From positions 992,001 to 1,056,000 of the forward strand of contig CAXXMU010000001.1 of assembly GCA_963667785.2 (NCBI GenBank): a DNA stretch of 64,000 bases, given 5' to 3'. Every line of letters begins with the position of its first letter. Within the stretch, counting starts at the first letter, position 1. The notes beneath the pieces are model-generated. The model was not told the origin of the DNA. It ran no database searches and saw only the letters and a list, made by a program, of their open reading frames with translations. The DNA is from Alphaproteobacteria bacterium. Lineage in GTDB: Bacteria; Pseudomonadota; Alphaproteobacteria; UBA828. A program made the position numbers and the translations under genes. Positions 1-10,237 of this stretch are shown here, piece by piece.

Positions 1-2969
1 CCGGCCTCGATCCAGTCGTCCTCGTCCGTCGGGTCGGCGGAGCCCGCGTAGTACCGCACGTCGTAGTCGGTGAGCGGAGAATCATTAATGTCCGGCGGTA
101 TCCAGTTCACGCTCAGGCTGAGCGCGTCCGTCACCGCAGCCACCGACGGCGCAAGGGGAGCATCGGGCGGGCCCGGCCGGCTAACCCTCACCGGCATGTT
201 GGTGAAGCCGGCTACCGCTTGGCTGTCGATGTCGAGAATGTTGTTCGTCGTCTTGCGCGCGTAGCTCACCGTGACGGTCTGACCGCGCGTGATCGGATCG
301 GTTACGCTCACGGGGATGGTCAGCCGGTTGTCCCTGACGGTCGCTTTGGACAGCGGGGTCTTGTCGACCCCGTCCACGGCCACCGTGAAGTTGGTCTTGT
401 CGAGGCTGTCCGTCACACGGTTGAGACGGTGCAGGTCCTTGGTGAAATAAACGTACACCGCCTCCCCGGTGGAGGTAGTCTGCGCGCTCAGGAACCGGGC
501 CGCGCCGGTGTGCCCCTTGCCCGCCTCCGACCAGTCGCCGGCGCCCTCGCGGTTCGTCGCCCGCACCTGCGCCTCAAATTTGGCGCCCCGCATCAGGCCG
601 ACGATCGTGGCCGTCGTGGCGGTGCCGGTGTGGTCGTGCTCCGTCCACGCCGTGTCGCCCTCGCGCCGGTAGCGCACGTCGTAGTCGCTGACCGCCGGCC
701 ACGCCTCCGGGGCCGCCCAGGTCACGGTCAGCCTGGTGCCGTCCGTCTTCGACACCGTCGGCGCCGCGGGGGCGGCGGGAGGGGTGCCGGGATGGTTGGT
801 GTGGACCGCCATCTTGCGAGTCTTGGTAGCGGTAACCCACGTGTTAGAGCCGGCGGACGCCCGTTCGAGAGTCGTGTCGATGCTCCACCCGGGCGCGGCG
901 CCCGCATCCTCACCGGTCGAGTTCGTGGCCCTCCAGCCGACGTTGTCGTTCGCCCCGGAGGTCACGTCGAGGACCACCGAATACCGCGTACTGGGTTTCA
1001 GGTGGATGCCGGCGCCCGCGGCCGTGAAGCGGTTGGTGCCGGACTTCAGGGAGGCCGGATTCGTCAGCGTGCCGAGCAACTTTGAGCCATAAAATTCTTG
1101 GAGCTCCACTCGGTAGCCCGGCTTCGAGCCGGAGCCGACCTGCAGGTCCAGGTCGACGCCGGTCAGCGTGTAGCCGCCGGCGTGGCTGCCGGTGTTGACT
1201 GCCTGGAGGTGGTCCTTGCTGAAGCCGACATTGCCCCCGTCCGCCTGCCCGATATTGCTCACCACGGCCCCGCCCCCGGCGGAACCGCCGCCCCCCGGCG
1301 CGGCGCGCTTGTTTTTGGCGTGGATGCCGATCTTGAGGGCGCGGCTGGAATTCATCGCGGCCCACGAGGTGCCCCCCGAATCCCTCCAAAAGCCCGAGTT
1401 CGCGATGCTCCACCCCGCCGCCGCTCCGGTGTCCTCGGCGTCGGACGTCGTGACCTTCACCCCGGGCGGGTTGGCCCCGGCGCCGCTCGCGTCGACCACC
1501 ATCCAGTACTTTGTGCCGGGCTTCAGGTCGATGCCCCCGAAGGAGGCTTCGAACAGCTGGACCCCCGCGCTCAGCGCCGACGGCCTTCTCAGTGTGCCCA
1601 GGCTCCTGCCCGGCCTGCCGGACGAGTCCGAATAGATGTGCACCGCGTAGGACAGCCCCGCGTTCGATGCCGAACCGCTGAAGTCGATGTCGAGGCTCGC
1701 GCCGGTCAGCTTGTAGCCCGCGGCATGGTTCCCGGTCGTGAACGCCTGCGCGTGGTCGTCATTGAAATCCCTGCTGGCGCTGCTGTCGGTCGTCTGCGTG
1801 ATGTTGGCCACCACCGCCGCCCCCACCCGCGACGGGGAATCGTCGGCGCGCGCAGTGCCCCGGATGGCGAACTTCACCTTTGGGGATCTGGTCAGAAAAT
1901 TGTTGCTGCCGGAGCTGCGCGACGCGCTGTAGTTGGCAATCGTCCACCCCGCCGCCGCGCCGCCGTCCCGCTGGTTCGAATTGGTCCCCCATACCAGTGT
2001 GGTGCTGTCCGCCGTGCTGACGTCCAGCACCACCCAGTACGTCGTGTTGGCCTTGAGCGTGACAGCGCTGGAGGTCGTGAAGAGGGCGTTATGGTCGCCG
2101 CTTTGCGAGGTCGGGTTGGTCAGCGTTCTCAGGACAGTCCCCGGAAGGCCACCCCAGTTCGCCTCCGCGATGGAGACGGTGTAGACCGGCGTCCCGGTCC
2201 CGCCCCTCAATGCAAGCCACACGCCGGTCAGGTCGTAGCCGGGGGCGTGGCTGCCGGTGGTGAACGCCTGCGCCACGTCGTGGGCCATCGAAACCGTGTC
2301 GTCCGATGACTTGCCGGCGTTGCTCACCAGCGCCCCGCTGGCAAACGTGGGAATGCTGCCGCTGTACCCGGTGTCGTCGTCCTTGATCGTGACATGACAC
2401 CTGTCGTTCTTGCCCCCACGCATCCAATAGTCTCTCATCGTGATGGTGAAGGTCTCATCGCTTTCGTCGAGATCATCCTGTTTGGTGTGAAATCTAACCC
2501 GTCCTTTGTCGCCACCACCCCAAGTGTGCTGCGTGTTCACCACGTTTACGTAGTCGTTGGTGCCAGCGGTCCCCGCAATCGTATCGAACCAGCCGCCATA
2601 ACCATGTGAAGACGCCCTTTCGTGACGAACGACAACGTCGAACGACTCACCTTCGGTTACCACTATGGTGTTGGGCGACTCCCTGTGGTTGGATGACGTC
2701 GCGTCTGGTGGACATTCCAGGTAGTACCTCCCTGCAAAGGCAGGCTCCAACACGCCAACGGTCAACCCGACGAGCAGGCAGGCACCGGCGAGCCAGCGTT
2801 CGGCGCGGAGCCGCGGCGCGGGGGAACGCTTGAGACCCGCGCCCACAGCGCGCCGCAGCCGCGGCAGGAACCCGGCGAAGGAAGGGGAGGAAGCAGGCGC
2901 CGCCGGGCGGCGGAGAGGGGAATTCAGGCGGGAATAGCGCCTCCGCCGGACAGGGTGCGGGCGTCTCAT
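1..2969 (-). CDS. Large secreted multidomain adhesin-like protein, truncated by window start (long signal peptide, Calx-beta-like domain, 3 'VSNxxQ...AQxFTTG...GYxLTG' repeats resembling choice-of-anchor R, FN3, SwmB-like, FN3)
   Basis: Not in the ORF track; translated by hand from ATG 2969 (ATGA overlap with the stop of the upstream ORF). Reads MRRPHPVRRR...WLAGACLLVGLTVGVLEPAFA|GRYY...VTEGESFDV...DETFTITM...VTIKDDD, then LVSNAGKS..VAQAFTTGSHAPGYDLTGV, VANITQTT..HAQAFTTGNHAAGYKLTGA, FN3 (PAAPTVSKTDGTRLTVTWAAP..DYDVRYR..VRATNREGAGDWS) and VYFTKDL..GQTVTVSY. The frame at base 3 (WIEA) matches the frame of the start codon. Confidence 0.88.
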   Translation of the reverse strand, partial: MRRPHPVRRRRYSRLNSPLRRPAAPASSPSFAGFLPRLRRAVGAGLKRSPAPRLRAERWLAGACLLVGLTVGVLEPAFAGRYYLECPPDATSSNHRESPNTIVVTEGESFDVVVRHERASSHGYGGWFDTIAGTAGTNDYVNVVNTQHTWGGGDKGRVRFHTKQDDLDESDETFTITMRDYWMRGGKNDRCHVTIKDDDTGYSGSIPTFASGALVSNAGKSSDDTVSMAHDVAQAFTTGSHAPGYDLTGVWLALRGGTGTPVYTVSIAEANWGGLPGTVLRTLTNPTSQSGDHNALFTTSSAVTLKANTTYWVVLDVSTADSTTLVWGTNSNQRDGGAAAGWTIANYSASRSSGSNNFLTRSPKVKFAIRGTARADDSPSRVGAAVVANITQTTDSSASRDFNDDHAQAFTTGNHAAGYKLTGASLDIDFSGSASNAGLSYAVHIYSDSSGRPGRSLGTLRRPSALSAGVQLFEASFGGIDLKPGTKYWMVVDASGAGANPPGVKVTTSDAEDTGAAAGWSIANSGFWRDSGGTSWAAMNSSRALKIGIHAKNKRAAPGGGGSAGGGAVVSNIGQADGGNVGFSKDHLQAVNTGSHAGGYTLTGVDLDLQVGSGSKPGYRVELQEFYGSKLLGTLTNPASLKSGTNRFTAAGAGIHLKPSTRYSVVLDVTSGANDNVGWRATNSTGEDAGAAPGWSIDTTLERASAGSNTWVTATKTRKMAVHTNHPGTPPAAPAAPTVSKTDGTRLTVTWAAPEAWPAVSDYDVRYRREGDTAWTEHDHTGTATTATIVGLMRGAKFEAQVRATNREGAGDWSEAGKGHTGAARFLSAQTTSTGEAVYVYFTKDLHRLNRVTDSLDKTNFTVAVDGVDKTPLSKATVRDNRLTIPVSVTDPITRGQTVTVSYARKTTNNILDIDSQAVAGFTNMPVRVSRPGPPDAPLAPSVAAVTDALSLSVNWIPPDINDSPLTDYDVRYYAGSADPTDEDDWIEA

Positions 2970-4057
2970 GGCGTCATCCCCGCGCTGCGAATGAGGGTGC
3001 CGGAATTCGCCCCGCTATCCGTGCTGCGTCCGGGCCGATCGCCCTGAGGAGCAAAATGCGTGGCATCCGCGGTCTGAGCGGCCCGGCCTAACTCCGGAAG
3101 GTCGTTGCCATTCAGCGACGTTGACAATCCGGTCGGGTTCGCTGTCTTGTTTCCAGTCGCGTAGCGAAAATGGGATTTGTCGCTCGTGGCTGTAGCTGCG
3201 TTAGCGTGGCCAACGACGAGCATCCTTATGGGGCCGGAGTCGGTGCCGGAGACCTCTGAAAACGGTCCCGTCGTGCCGCTCGTCCGGACCAGTCGGTAGT
3301 TGGCAATGCTCCAGCCGGTGGTGCTCTCGGCGTCCTCGGCGTGGGAGGACGTGCCCGAAAGCTTGCCGCTCGATCCCTGGAGCACCACCCAGTACGTCCT
3401 GTCGGCAGCGAGCCGGGTGTCGGCGGGCGCTATGAAATAGACGTGGCCGCCGCCACTGCCCGGCGCCACCGCTGCGGTCAGGGTCGCAACCTCGGCGGTG
3501 TTGCCCGGCAGCCCCGTCGCCACTTTCGCGGTCATGCCGGTGGCGAGGTTGAAAACTTGCAGCTGAACACCGTCGAGGAGGTAGCCGTTGGGGTTGCTGC
3601 CAGTGATGAACCCCTGCGCAACGTCCGATGCGCCATAGTCAACTGTCAGGCCGGCCCCTTGATCGAAATTGCCCACCAGTAGCTGATGCGCCACCGCCGG
3701 CGCGGCGAGAGCGAGGGCCGCCAGCACGGCCAACGCCGCTGCCCAGGCGCCCAGGCGCCGCCGCTTGCTGCGGAAAGAGGAGAGGGAAGAAGGCCCCGCC
3801 GGACAGCGGAGGCGGAAGGTCAGACGGCGGGAACGGCGCTCCCGACGGGTGCTGCGCGCGCGGCCCATGGTGTCAGCCGCGCGGCCTAGAAGATGTCGAG
3901 GGAAGCCACCCTGCGAGCGGACGCAGGAGCGGCTCGGCTCGGCTCGGCTCGGCTCGGCTCGGCTCGGCTCGGCTCGGCTCGGCTCGGCTCGGCTCGGCTC
4001 GGCTCGGCTCGGCTCGGCTCGGCTCGGCTCGGCTCGGCTCGGCTCAATTATAATCAT
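2966..4057 (-). CDS. Secreted protein with one copy of the same repeat domain; start at 4057 (includes AEPSR repeat) or 3868
   Basis: Signal peptide GAWAAALAVLAALALAAPAVA followed by LLVGNFDQG..VAQGFITGSNPNGYLLDGVQL..TYWVVL..GWSIAN. The DNA at ATG 3868 is homologous to the start region of the downstream adhesin. Confidence 0.75.
   Translation of the reverse strand: MIIIEPSRAEPSRAEPSRAEPSRAEPSRAEPSRAEPSRAEPSRSCVRSQGGFPRHLLGRAADTMGRARSTRRERRSRRLTFRLRCPAGPSSLSSFRSKRRRLGAWAAALAVLAALALAAPAVAHQLLVGNFDQGAGLTVDYGASDVAQGFITGSNPNGYLLDGVQLQVFNLATGMTAKVATGLPGNTAEVATLTAAVAPGSGGGHVYFIAPADTRLAADRTYWVVLQGSSGKLSGTSSHAEDAESTTGWSIANYRLVRTSGTTGPFSEVSGTDSGPIRMLVVGHANAATATSDKSHFRYATGNKTANPTGLSTSLNGNDLPELGRAAQTADATHFAPQGDRPGRSTDSGANSGTLIRSAGMTP
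3931..4045. repeat. Perfect pentanucleotide simple sequence repeat (GGCTC)23 = (GAGCC)23 on the coding strand
   Basis: 23 uninterrupted units counted directly (115 bp). Confidence 0.97.
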
Positions 4058-4091
4058 CCTCGCCACCCCGCGAGCTACACGTTCCCACCCG

Positions 4092-4137
4092 AGCCTAATC
4101 GGACCCAAGGGCCTGCAAAATCCTGCAAAATTGAAGG
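4092..4137 (-). promoter_or_regulatory. Palindromic operator copy 1 (CCTGCAAAATTGAAGG, 4122-4137) plus -10-like TAGGCT (4092-4097)
   Basis: Matches a motif repeated at 5594, 10042 and 13458; 24 bp spacing to the TAnnnT hexamer. Confidence 0.65.
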
Positions 4138-4205
4138 TATCGGCAGCCCGCCGGGACCGCGCAGATCACAGCCGCGGGCTACGCCCCAGCACCGCCCGGC
4201 GGCGG

Positions 4206-5348
4206 TCAGCGCCGCGGCAGGGCGTCCGCCGCCAGCACCTGCCGCACCAGGGCGACCTGCCCCGACACGCCCAGCTTCCGGTAGGTCTGCTGGATCAGCC
4301 AGCGCACGTAGTTCTCGGACCAGCCCCCGACCGCGGCAATCTCGGGCACCTTCATGCCCTCGGCCAGCAACGCCGACACCCGGCTCTCCGACGGCGTCAG
4401 CCCGAGCATCGCCGCCACCCGCTGAGCGTCGATGCGCGGTTTCCGCGCCGGGTCGACCAGCAGCACCAGCGCCGCCACCCGGCGCCCGCCGAAATCACCC
4501 GCACCGTCACCCACCGGGCTCACGTGCAGTCCCAGCCGGGACCGGCCCGAAGGATGTTGGATCGTCATCGAACCGCCGCTCGGGACCTCCCCCCACAAGT
4601 CCGGCAGCGCCCGCCCCAGCAGTCTCTGCAGGCGGCTGCGGTCCGCCGGCAGCCAGGCCTCCAGTGCGCCATCGCGGTCGAGCAGCCCATCGCCGCGGCG
4701 CAGGATGTCCAGCGCCGGCCCGTTCGCCTCCAGCACCCGCCCGGCGCGGTCCAGCTGCACCACGCCGATGCGGTCGTTGGCGAGCAGGCCGGCGAGGCCG
4801 GCGCCCAGCGCTTCGGCCGCCGCCAGCGCCTGGCGCAGGCCGATGAACTGGCGGACATGCGGCAGCAGGCGCTCGACCAGCCGGACTCCGCCAGACTCCC
4901 AGCCGTCGCCGCCCTCGGGGTCGCCCAGCACCCAGACCACGCGCAGCTCGTCCGGCGCGCCGAAATGCACGGTCAGGCCGTTCTGCCCGCCCAGGCGGCG
5001 CCAGCCCTCGTTGTACGCGACCGACGTCTTCAGCTCCTCTTCGGTGTAGAGCTCCCGGGCAGGAGCCAGCCGGCCCTCGCGAAGCGCCATGCGCCGGCGC
5101 GGCGCCTCGTCGTGCGGGAAGTAGAGCTCGAAATATTCCTGCGCCATGTCCGGGCGATCGTCGCCGCGGTAGAGCAGGCGGGCGAAGTCGACGCGCTCGT
5201 AGTCGGCCCCGTCGCCGACCACCATGAAATTGCCGACCGCGCCGCAGGCCTCCTCGATCAGCGCGCTGGCCGCCGGCCAGTGGGCGTCGTCGCGCGCGGC
5301 CCGGTACAGCGCCTCCAGGATGCGCTGGAAGGCATCGTCCGGGTTCAC
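4206..5348 (-). CDS. LuxR-family transcriptional regulator with N-terminal sensor region, PAS-like segment and C-terminal HTH
   Basis: C-terminal LTPSESRVSALLAEGMKVPEIA...YRKLGVSGQVALVRQV is a LuxR/CsgD-type HTH; GVVQLDRAGRVLEANGPA is PAS-like; no receiver domain. Confidence 0.9.
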   Translation of the reverse strand: MNPDDAFQRILEALYRAARDDAHWPAASALIEEACGAVGNFMVVGDGADYERVDFARLLYRGDDRPDMAQEYFELYFPHDEAPRRRMALREGRLAPARELYTEEELKTSVAYNEGWRRLGGQNGLTVHFGAPDELRVVWVLGDPEGGDGWESGGVRLVERLLPHVRQFIGLRQALAAAEALGAGLAGLLANDRIGVVQLDRAGRVLEANGPALDILRRGDGLLDRDGALEAWLPADRSRLQRLLGRALPDLWGEVPSGGSMTIQHPSGRSRLGLHVSPVGDGAGDFGGRRVAALVLLVDPARKPRIDAQRVAAMLGLTPSESRVSALLAEGMKVPEIAAVGGWSENYVRWLIQQTYRKLGVSGQVALVRQVLAADALPRR

Positions 5349-5563
5349 GCCGCCTCCCCCCGGCGGCGCGTCCCCGCCCGTGTCACCCGCGAAGCGGATG
5401 GCTGAAGAATGGCGCCGTTACACACGCTTCTCCTCGATCCGGCAAATCGACCGGACTCCGAACTCCGCCCACCAGCCGTTCCGCAAACACTCGCGCCGGA
5501 CGCCCAACCGCGACGTCGGCGGCCGCTTGCCCGGACAGGCCCGGTGGAGGGTCGGCGCAGCGT

Positions 5564-5609
5564 TCCATACGCGAACCCGGGAAACGCTGCCACCCTTCAA
5601 AATTGAAGG
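5564..5609 (-). promoter_or_regulatory. Palindromic operator copy 2 (CCTTCAAAATTGAAGG, 5594-5609) plus TATGGA (5564-5569), upstream of the LuxR gene
   Basis: 7-2-7 inverted repeat, 24 bp from a TA-starting hexamer. Confidence 0.65.
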
Positions 5610-5982
5610 TATTGCGAAAAACGCGGCGGAAAAAAATGCGCCTATTCCCGGTCAAATTCCAGCGATGAGGGTCTATTGTGGCTTGGAGCTGGTTCGTGCG
5701 GCGCTATGGACGAAGCGCGGGATCACGGCCTTGAGGTTGTAGCGCAAGGCGACGCTGGCGAGGCAGCGCTCGGCAGGGTCGGCTCCGAGCTTACGCTGGA
5801 TTCCGGTGATCGCGCTCGTGATGTTGCCGAGCGTCATATTGGCAACGGACCCGGACCGGGAAAGGCGGATCCTCGTATCGCGGACGGGCGACACGGGCCG
5901 CCCGCGCCGATCGGTCATCCGGGTCCGGCCGCAGGAAGGCCCAGGTCTCGGCGCCGCGGACCGTCACCATGCCCGCCGTCCG

Positions 5983-8900
5983 CTACCAGCGGATCGCGCC
6001 CCTGAGCATGAGGCCGTGCTCGGGCGGCTCGTTGCCGTTGGCCGGCTCCGTGCGCATGCCGTCGAGGCTGACCTCGAACCCCGGATCGCCCTCCACCGCC
6101 GAGGTCAGCCGCCAGCCGATGCGGTACTCGCGCGCGGTGTCCGAGAGCCCGAAGCCCAAGTTGGGCGTGCCGGTGAAGCGGTCGCCGAACAGCGCCAGCC
6201 CGTAGCCCATCTCGCCCTGGAGGCCGCGCGACGCCTCGAACGTGCCGTCCGGCGCAAGGCCCTGCGCATCGCGCGCGCCCCACAGCCGCTCCGCCCCGCT
6301 CGACGCCGCGCCCAGCGTCGGGGCGAGCGAGAAGGAGAGCCCGCGCCCGCGCTCATTGGGCGCCAGGCGCACCGTGCCCGACACGCCCCATTCCTCGTAG
6401 TCCGAAGCCGCGTGCGCCACCAGCATCCGCGCCTTCGCCTCGACCGAGAGGCCGGTGCCCGGATCGGCGTAGCTCACCCCGCCGCCGAACTCGACCCCGG
6501 TCCCGGTCTCCGCGTCGCCGCCGTCATGGCGCAGCCCGAGCTCGAGAGACGGGCGCAGCACCGCGCCGCCGCCCATGTCGAACGCGCGGCTGCCCTCGAC
6601 GATCAGCCGCACCCGGTTCGCCGCCGCCGTCGTCCTGCCCTCGTTCGAGACCGGGTCGGACTCGGTCTCCACATGGAACGCGTCCGCCTTGAGCGCGAGG
6701 TCCATGACGCCGGTCTCGTCCTGCGTCAGCAGCGCGCCCCGGCCGCCCAACGCCGCGAGACGCATCGCGAGGTCGGTCCGGGTCGTCCGCTCCGGCTGGC
6801 CGCGGTCGTTCGCCGCCTGGGTAATGGTCATGTCGCCGGCGCCCCAGCCGGCCAGGCCCCACACCGAGACCCGGTCGGTCACCATGAACCGCGCATAGGG
6901 GCTCACGGTGGTCATCGTGCTCTCGATCGTGCCCGAGTCGACGCCCGGATTGTCGAAGCCGCCCTCGCCCTCGCTCACCGAGATGGCGACGCCGGCCAGA
7001 AGCCGGTTCCATTCCGCGTCCGCGCCGAGGATCCCGGTGGTCACGCTGCCGTCGATGCGCACCTTCCCCGTATCCGCCGGCGCCGCGCCGTCGAAGCCGC
7101 CCACCGTCACCCGGCCCCAGGCCGCAAGGCCCGGAGCGGCGCCGTCGCCGTCCCTGGCGAGATGGAACGCGCTCCCGAGCAGCAGCTCGCGGCCCGACAA
7201 CTCGCGCATCGGCGCGCTGCCGGACGCGGGCGCGCTATCGAAGGCGGGGGACCCGCCAGCGCCCGCTCCCAGGCCGGTTCCCGGCCAGCCGTCCCTTTCG
7301 GGCGCCGGCCCTTCCGACGCGCCCATGATCTGCGCGACCGAGGTCAGCGTCCGGCCGAGCCAGACATCGTCCTGCGTCTCCGCGAGATTGACGGTCTGCC
7401 CGCCCACCGTCACCTGCGCGCCCGAGAGCGGGCCGGCAAGCCGGTCGGAGACCGCCTCCGTCACATGGCCCGCCACCGTGCGCCCGAAGCGCGCGAGCCA
7501 CATCTTCTGCAGCGGGTCCGCGTTCTCGATCGTCCCCGTCGCCTCGCCGTCGGCGATCCGCGCGCCGCTCGCATTCGAGAGCCTGAGCGCGAAGGTCTCG
7601 CTTCCCTCGTCGAGCGCGTCGTCGAGCACCGGCACCGAGACGGTCTTCTCCGTCTCGCCCGCCGCGAAGGTGAGCGTGCCGCTGGTCGCGGTGTAGTCCT
7701 CGCCCGCCTTCGCCGAGCCGTCCGCCGTGGCGTAGTCCACCGTGACCGCGCCGGAGGCCGCCCGCGAGAGCGTCACCGCGAAGTCCACCGCCGGTTCTGG
7801 CCCGGGTCACGCGCTTCGCGCCCGTGACCCGCCCGTTGGTCGCCTGCAACGCCTCGTCCCTCAGTGTCTTGTAGCGAAGGGCGCCCGGGAAGTTCTCGCT
7901 GAAGCGCAGCTCGAAGCCGAACCGCCGGCCGTCATGCTCCGCCGGCACGCCAACGAACGACGCCGTCAGCGGCGGCGCTTGCGCCACCGTGTCCTCCACC
8001 GGCTCGGGGCCGAAGCTTTCGATCGCCAGACCGCCCGCGTCGCGCAGCGCCGGCCCGCCGGCAGGCATCGTGTAGACCGGCCTGACCGTCTGGCCCCGCA
8101 CCGGAGTTATCGAACACCGTTGCCAGCAGGCATTCGGATTCGCGTAGGCCACCGTGACCGTTTCGCCCGGCCGCACCGGCTCCGCCAGCACAAGGCCCAC
8201 CCTGTTGTCTCTCCAGAAGGCTTGCCGCGTCTCCCGGCGCTCGCCGCCGACCACCACCGTGTAGTCCGTGTGGACCCCCGCGGCCAGGACATCCCTGGAG
8301 AAGGCGAGCCACAGGCCACGCCCCTGTTCCTCCATCGCGGTGCTCTCCAGCCGGGCCGGGTAAGAACGGAACTCGATGGCGAAGTGCTCGAACTTCGGCA
8401 CGTCGGGATTGCCCTCGCCGGCGCCCTGGAGCGGGACAGAGGCCGGCTTGTAATAGGTCACGGTGGTACTTCGTCTCGCCGACGGCACCGCATCGGGAAG
8501 GGTGACCTTGACCAGCGACCCCGCGACCATCGCCGTGCCGATGCCGTAGATGTCGCGCCTGGGGAGGTTATTGGGAACGTCGGACGAACTCACCCGGAAG
8601 GCGCTCCCGGCCGGGCGCGACGCCTCGTTCAGTGCGCCGTCGAATTCCACCGTCAGCAGCGTCCCCGCCAACCGCGCCCGCAACGGCCGGGGCGCCGCGC
8701 CGTCGCCTGCCGTGCGGTTCGTCACCGCAAACTCCTGGAACGGCGGCGCCTCGGTGCCGCCGCCGTCCCTCAACACCCCGTCGTCGACCGCTTGGTAGCT
8801 CACCGTCAGCATCTGGCCGGCGCGGGCCGGCGGGGCCAGACTCAGCGTCGCTGTCGCGCCGCTCATGGAAACCGCGTAGGGATGCACCACGCCTTTGCGG

Positions 8901-9643
8901 GCGCCGGCCTCGACGTCGGTGCCCCGCACGGCGAGGGCGAACTTGAGATCGCGCGTGTCCACCGACCCGTCCAGCGCCTTGTCGAAGGTCACCGTCAGCG
9001 TCGCGCCGTTCACCGACCCGCTCACGGGCCGCGGTCCCGCCACACCCGTCACGCTGCCGTCGACCCTGTGCTTCGCGTCGCCCGACCCGGGCAGGCCGCG
9101 CAACGTCAGGTCGGCGGCCGCGCCCGTCCATGTGCCGACCGCCGTCCCCAGGAACAGCACTTTGCCGTTGTCGAACGTCTGCACCCACACCCCGTCCGGA
9201 TCCGCGTCGCCGGGCCTGACCGTGTGCTCGAAGCGCAGCAGCATGCCGTTCATATCGCTGTAGTCCGAGAGCACGATGCGGCTGTTGCCGGGATCGGCGT
9301 CGTCACGACCGAGGTCCAGCCGCAGACGAAGGGCGTCGCTGGTGACCGTTATCGGCTCGCTGAACACCACGTCGACCAGGATCTTGTCGCCCCGGACATA
9401 GGTGTCGTACGCGCCGTCGCCGTCCGCGTCGTGGGACGGCGCCGAGACGATCCGCACCTGCTCGATCGTCGGCCCGTCCTGCGCGCCGGCGGGCGCGGCG
9501 AACAGGATCGCCGCCAGCGCCAGGAGGACCGCCGGAACTCCCCGGTGCCACGGTAGAACGCCTCCGTCGCCACCGCTTCCTTCGGGCCGATGCTCGTCCG
9601 AATCGGGGCCGATAGTCCCAACTGCTTCAGAAAAACCTTCCAT
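5983..9643 (-). pseudogene. Disrupted autotransporter-like adhesin: N-part 9643..~7800 (signal peptide, SwmB-like repeats); C-part 7788..5983 (Calx-beta plus beta-barrel)
   Basis: The N-terminal frame degenerates after VTGAKRVT (~7805). The C-part starts mid Calx-beta (VDFAVTLSRAASGAVTVDYATADGSA..DY..SGTLTF) and ends in the BAM-type motif GLMLRGAIRW. Confidence 0.8.
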
Positions 9644-10012
9644 CCCCCAGGCAAACCCGTGAAACCATCTCCCGTGACGCGGAGAGCCGGCGGCGGTCGG
9701 CGGGCAGGCCGCCGCTGCTCGACATACCCTTCAGATCGCTGCGGTAGGTCTTGCCGCCACCGGCGCCAACGCGAACCGGTCCCCTCCGCCCGCGCGACCG
9801 ATCTCGCCCGTCGCCGGGCGGCGGACCGCAACGGCGCCGGTGGTCAGTGTCGTGGATGATTGGCTATGGGGCGTCGCTACCTACACGGCAGCTGAGTTGC
9901 GGTCGGACGCCGCGCGTCACCTGCCCAGTGCGAACTACGAACTTCAATCGGTACGCTGTTTGTCGCCCCCAGTCCGGCCCCTGATCGCTGCCGGCATTTC
10001 ACCAAAGGCAAC

Positions 10013-10057
10013 AGCGTAGATAAGCCCAAACTCCTGTAAATCCTTCAATATTGAAGG
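10013..10057 (-). promoter_or_regulatory. Palindromic operator copy 3 (perfect CCTTCAATATTGAAGG, 10042-10057) plus TTTACA/TACGCT promoter upstream of the autotransporter
   Basis: Perfect 16-bp palindrome, 23 bp from TACGCT (10013-10018). Confidence 0.65.
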
Positions 10058-10237
10058 TGGAGCTGCCACGCTTCGCGCCAATGCCAGCGCCGTTGGTGGA
10101 CCCGACGCCGCTGCTGCTGGGGGCACGGGTCGAAGGGATGAGCCTCCTCAACGGCGGGATCGTCTGCAATGTGGAGTTCCGTAGCGCGCCGCGGCCGATC
10201 CTTGGACTGGTCACGGCGAAACCGGCGGCCGAAGACG

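Noticed and set aside
3931-4045. Repeat tract as a CRISPR array
   Set aside because: Pure 5-mer tandem repeat with no spacers, and no cas genes in the window.
5673-5918. 81-aa ORF with a faint LuxR-HTH-like stretch (NITSAITGIQRKLGA)
   Set aside because: Similarity too weak to call by eye; no convincing RBS.
9643-9725. Upstream ATG (9725) with RBS, out of frame across a G5 run, as a slipped extended leader of the autotransporter
   Set aside because: The run is too short and no homologue is available for comparison; cannot be supported.
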